64,000 nucleotides of DNA. It comes from an uncultured Candidatus Saccharibacteria bacterium. Lineage in GTDB: Bacteria; Patescibacteriota; Saccharimonadia; UBA4664; CAYXHD01. How positions within the stretch are numbered: the stretch's first letter is position 1; each line of letters opens with the position of its first letter. The position numbers and the translations under genes were made by a program. The notes beneath the pieces are model-generated. The model ran no database searches, was not told the DNA's origin, and saw only the letters and a program-made list of their open reading frames with translations. The DNA lies in the NCBI GenBank assembly GCA_964585425.1, contig CAZPDI010000001.1:4804-68803 (forward strand), in the 5' to 3' direction. Below are positions 62,446 to 64,000 of this stretch, piece by piece.

Positions 62446-63458
62446 GCTTCTAGATTGCGGTGTTTAAGAAGAACATTAATGGTTTCTTTGCACGTGGCCG
62501 CCACCGGAATAGCCAGCAGCGTACCTAGCACACCAGCAATCGCCGCGCCAATTAAAACTGCAATTAGCACCGTTAGTGGCGAAATATCAACTTTTTTAGA
62601 GTAGACAAGTGGATTCAGTACGGCATTTTCGAGCTGGACGTAGACGATGGTGAAGGCCACAAAAATAGCAGCCACCCAGGCTTGCCCAGAAAGCAAGGCT
62701 ACGACGGCGATCAAGATGGCGGCCATAGTCGAGCCAACCAGCGGGATCAAATCCAGCAACGCAGCAATGAGGCCTAAAATCAAGAAATAAGGATTGCCCA
62801 ATATCCAGAGAAGCAAGCCACTAGCCACGCCGTACATCATGCTTAGTAAAAAGTTGCCGACGACATAGCCGTTAATAATGCCGTAGACTTTACTGCCAAG
62901 CTCACTCACATCCTTGCGCATAGCAAGGGGCGTCAGCCGAGCTACCGTTTGTTTGATGCTCTTGCCCTCAAGGGTCATAAAGAACATTAGGGCAATAATG
63001 GTCACAAAGGCTACCACAATTTGCACGGTGCTACTCACCAGCGAGACCACCACGCCGCTCAACTGACCAAAGGAGTTGGCAATTTGATTGGCATTAGTCT
63101 TAATGGTATCTGCCCACGGCAAACCAGCAATCACCTGCTCGGCTTTGGCGGTAAGCTCCGGAAGATTAGCGGCAAGATTAGCAGCCTGCTGCGCTACTGG
63201 CGTAAACAGCGCCCAAGCCAAAGCAAAACTAGCTCCACAAAAAACAACTAACAGTAAAAAGGTGGCCAGGCCAATACTCTTTTTGGGCATAAATCGCTGC
63301 AACCAATGAACAATTGGGTTAATGGCAACCGCTAAAAACGCCGCAATGCCAACCCATACCAGGGGCGTACGAGCCAGAAATGCTAAATACAATACGATGG
63401 CTAGCCCTAGCGTAACACCAACTTTTTTTACAAAGGGAGCAATTGATTGATCAGTCAT
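62442..63458 (-). CDS. AI-2E family transporter (PerM/UPF0118)
   Basis: 338 aa, polytopic. LIAALLDLIPLVGSTMAAI matches the family signature. Confidence 0.7.
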   Translation of the reverse strand: MTDQSIAPFVKKVGVTLGLAIVLYLAFLARTPLVWVGIAAFLAVAINPIVHWLQRFMPKKSIGLATFLLLVVFCGASFALAWALFTPVAQQAANLAANLPELTAKAEQVIAGLPWADTIKTNANQIANSFGQLSGVVVSLVSSTVQIVVAFVTIIALMFFMTLEGKSIKQTVARLTPLAMRKDVSELGSKVYGIINGYVVGNFLLSMMYGVASGLLLWILGNPYFLILGLIAALLDLIPLVGSTMAAILIAVVALLSGQAWVAAIFVAFTIVYVQLENAVLNPLVYSKKVDISPLTVLIAVLIGAAIAGVLGTLLAIPVAATCKETINVLLKHRNLEA

Positions 63459-63471
63459 GCCGAATCCTCAT

Positions 63472-64000
63472 TTAAAATAATATCTTAACTTTAGCATTTG
63501 CTACCAAAATACCAACCATAACGGCACTAAATCCGACCATAAAACTCAGGTTCGAGACCGCCAATTGCGCAAAGGCTACTGCCACGCTGGCCGCAAAGAC
63601 ACTCGGAAACACCAATCCACCACGATACCCAAGCGCCTTACTCCAGGCAATAGCTAAAATTTTGATGCCAAATATCCAGGCCAGACCAACATAGCCCAAT
63701 GATGCAGCTTGTTGAATCATGGGTGCTATGGCTTGATTTCCGGTAAACTGCACCAGCGGGCCGCCAAATAGGTAAAGTGCCGACAAACCAGTCCCAGCCA
63801 AAAGTGCCCTGCCCCACCAGGAGCCACTCGTCACAAACTCAAAGTCATTAACGAATACCCGATGAGCAATGGCTATAAGATGCGTTATCGCAAAACCTAC
63901 CGCCACCAACAAGACGCAAGCCAAGACAGCTGCCGAATCGGGACTTGCTACATGGCTGGGCAAGCTTACGTAGGCTGATCCATCGATCAGCTGCAGCGTA
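63472..64000 (-). CDS. C-terminal part of a ClC-type chloride channel-like membrane protein (partial; the frame stays open to the window edge)
   Basis: YRGGLVFPSVFAASVAVAF resembles the ClC GGxFxP motif. The reading frame upstream of the track TTG start (63963) remains open to position 64000. Confidence 0.45.
   Translation of the reverse strand, partial: TLQLIDGSAYVSLPSHVASPDSAAVLACVLLVAVGFAITHLIAIAHRVFVNDFEFVTSGSWWGRALLAGTGLSALYLFGGPLVQFTGNQAIAPMIQQAASLGYVGLAWIFGIKILAIAWSKALGYRGGLVFPSVFAASVAVAFAQLAVSNLSFMVGFSAVMVGILVANAKVKILF

Noticed and set aside
1-64000. Alternative genetic code (for example UGA or UAA reassignment, as in some CPR lineages) as an explanation for the pepP in-frame stop.
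   Set aside because: Housekeeping genes across the window are full length under the standard bacterial code. They end at TGA, TAA and TAG with sensible C-termini. Only one gene shows an internal stop.
1-64000. CRISPR arrays, rRNA genes, IS elements, integrons (attC/intI) and diversity-generating retroelements.
   Set aside because: No regularly spaced direct repeats were seen. No cas, transposase, integrase or reverse-transcriptase-like ORFs were seen, and no rRNA-like sequence. The only repeated non-coding elements are the terminator, operator and inverted-repeat motifs reported above.

Overview
This 64-kb chromosomal window comes from a streamlined, moderately AT-rich bacterium. The backbone includes uvrC, uvrA, uvrB, typA, secG, a gap-rpiB-rpe-split tkt-fba block, ppa, trxB, mscL, LtaS and LCP envelope genes, an ECF sigma factor, znuABC-zur and one tRNA-Leu(CAG). 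No biosynthetic operons are present. By inference this looks like a Patescibacteria/CPR genome of the Saccharibacteria type. Most backbone genes are on the minus strand and tightly packed.

The main anomaly is a set of GC-rich, foreign-looking gene cassettes in at least seven intergenic gaps: about 9.9-12.15, 30.1-30.6, 40.0-42.5, 42.5-43.1, 44.4-44.9, 46.9-47.3 and 54.6-57.8 kb. Hand counts of single 60-nt lines give about 57-62% GC inside them versus about 43% in nearby backbone. Almost every cassette is a self-contained unit: an AT-rich near-consensus -35/17 nt/-10 promoter, a leader with an SD, a GC3-rich ORF and a GC-rich hairpin. Twelve of the ORFs have no motif I can recognise. Three encode a partial pyrimidine pathway (pyrC, a pyrE-like PRTase, pyrF). 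No integrase, transposase or att-like repeat accompanies them.

Other notable points:
- A repeated two-gene module pairs a conserved Pro-rich/basic mini-protein with a variable upstream ORF.
- A conserved 43-44 nt terminator element occurs twice in full and once in part.
- Three cassettes have leaders complementary to their own 3' ends.
- Candidate HsdR remnants flank a NYN-domain gene.
- A strong orphan promoter plus terminator suggests a small RNA.
- pepP is interrupted by one in-frame TAA.
- A roughly 65-nt dual-box operator module is shared by the znuA/zur promoter and an FAD-oxidase promoter.

No CRISPR array, rRNA or recognisable mobile-element gene was seen. All calls come from reading the sequence and the ORF track. 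No database search or computation was run.
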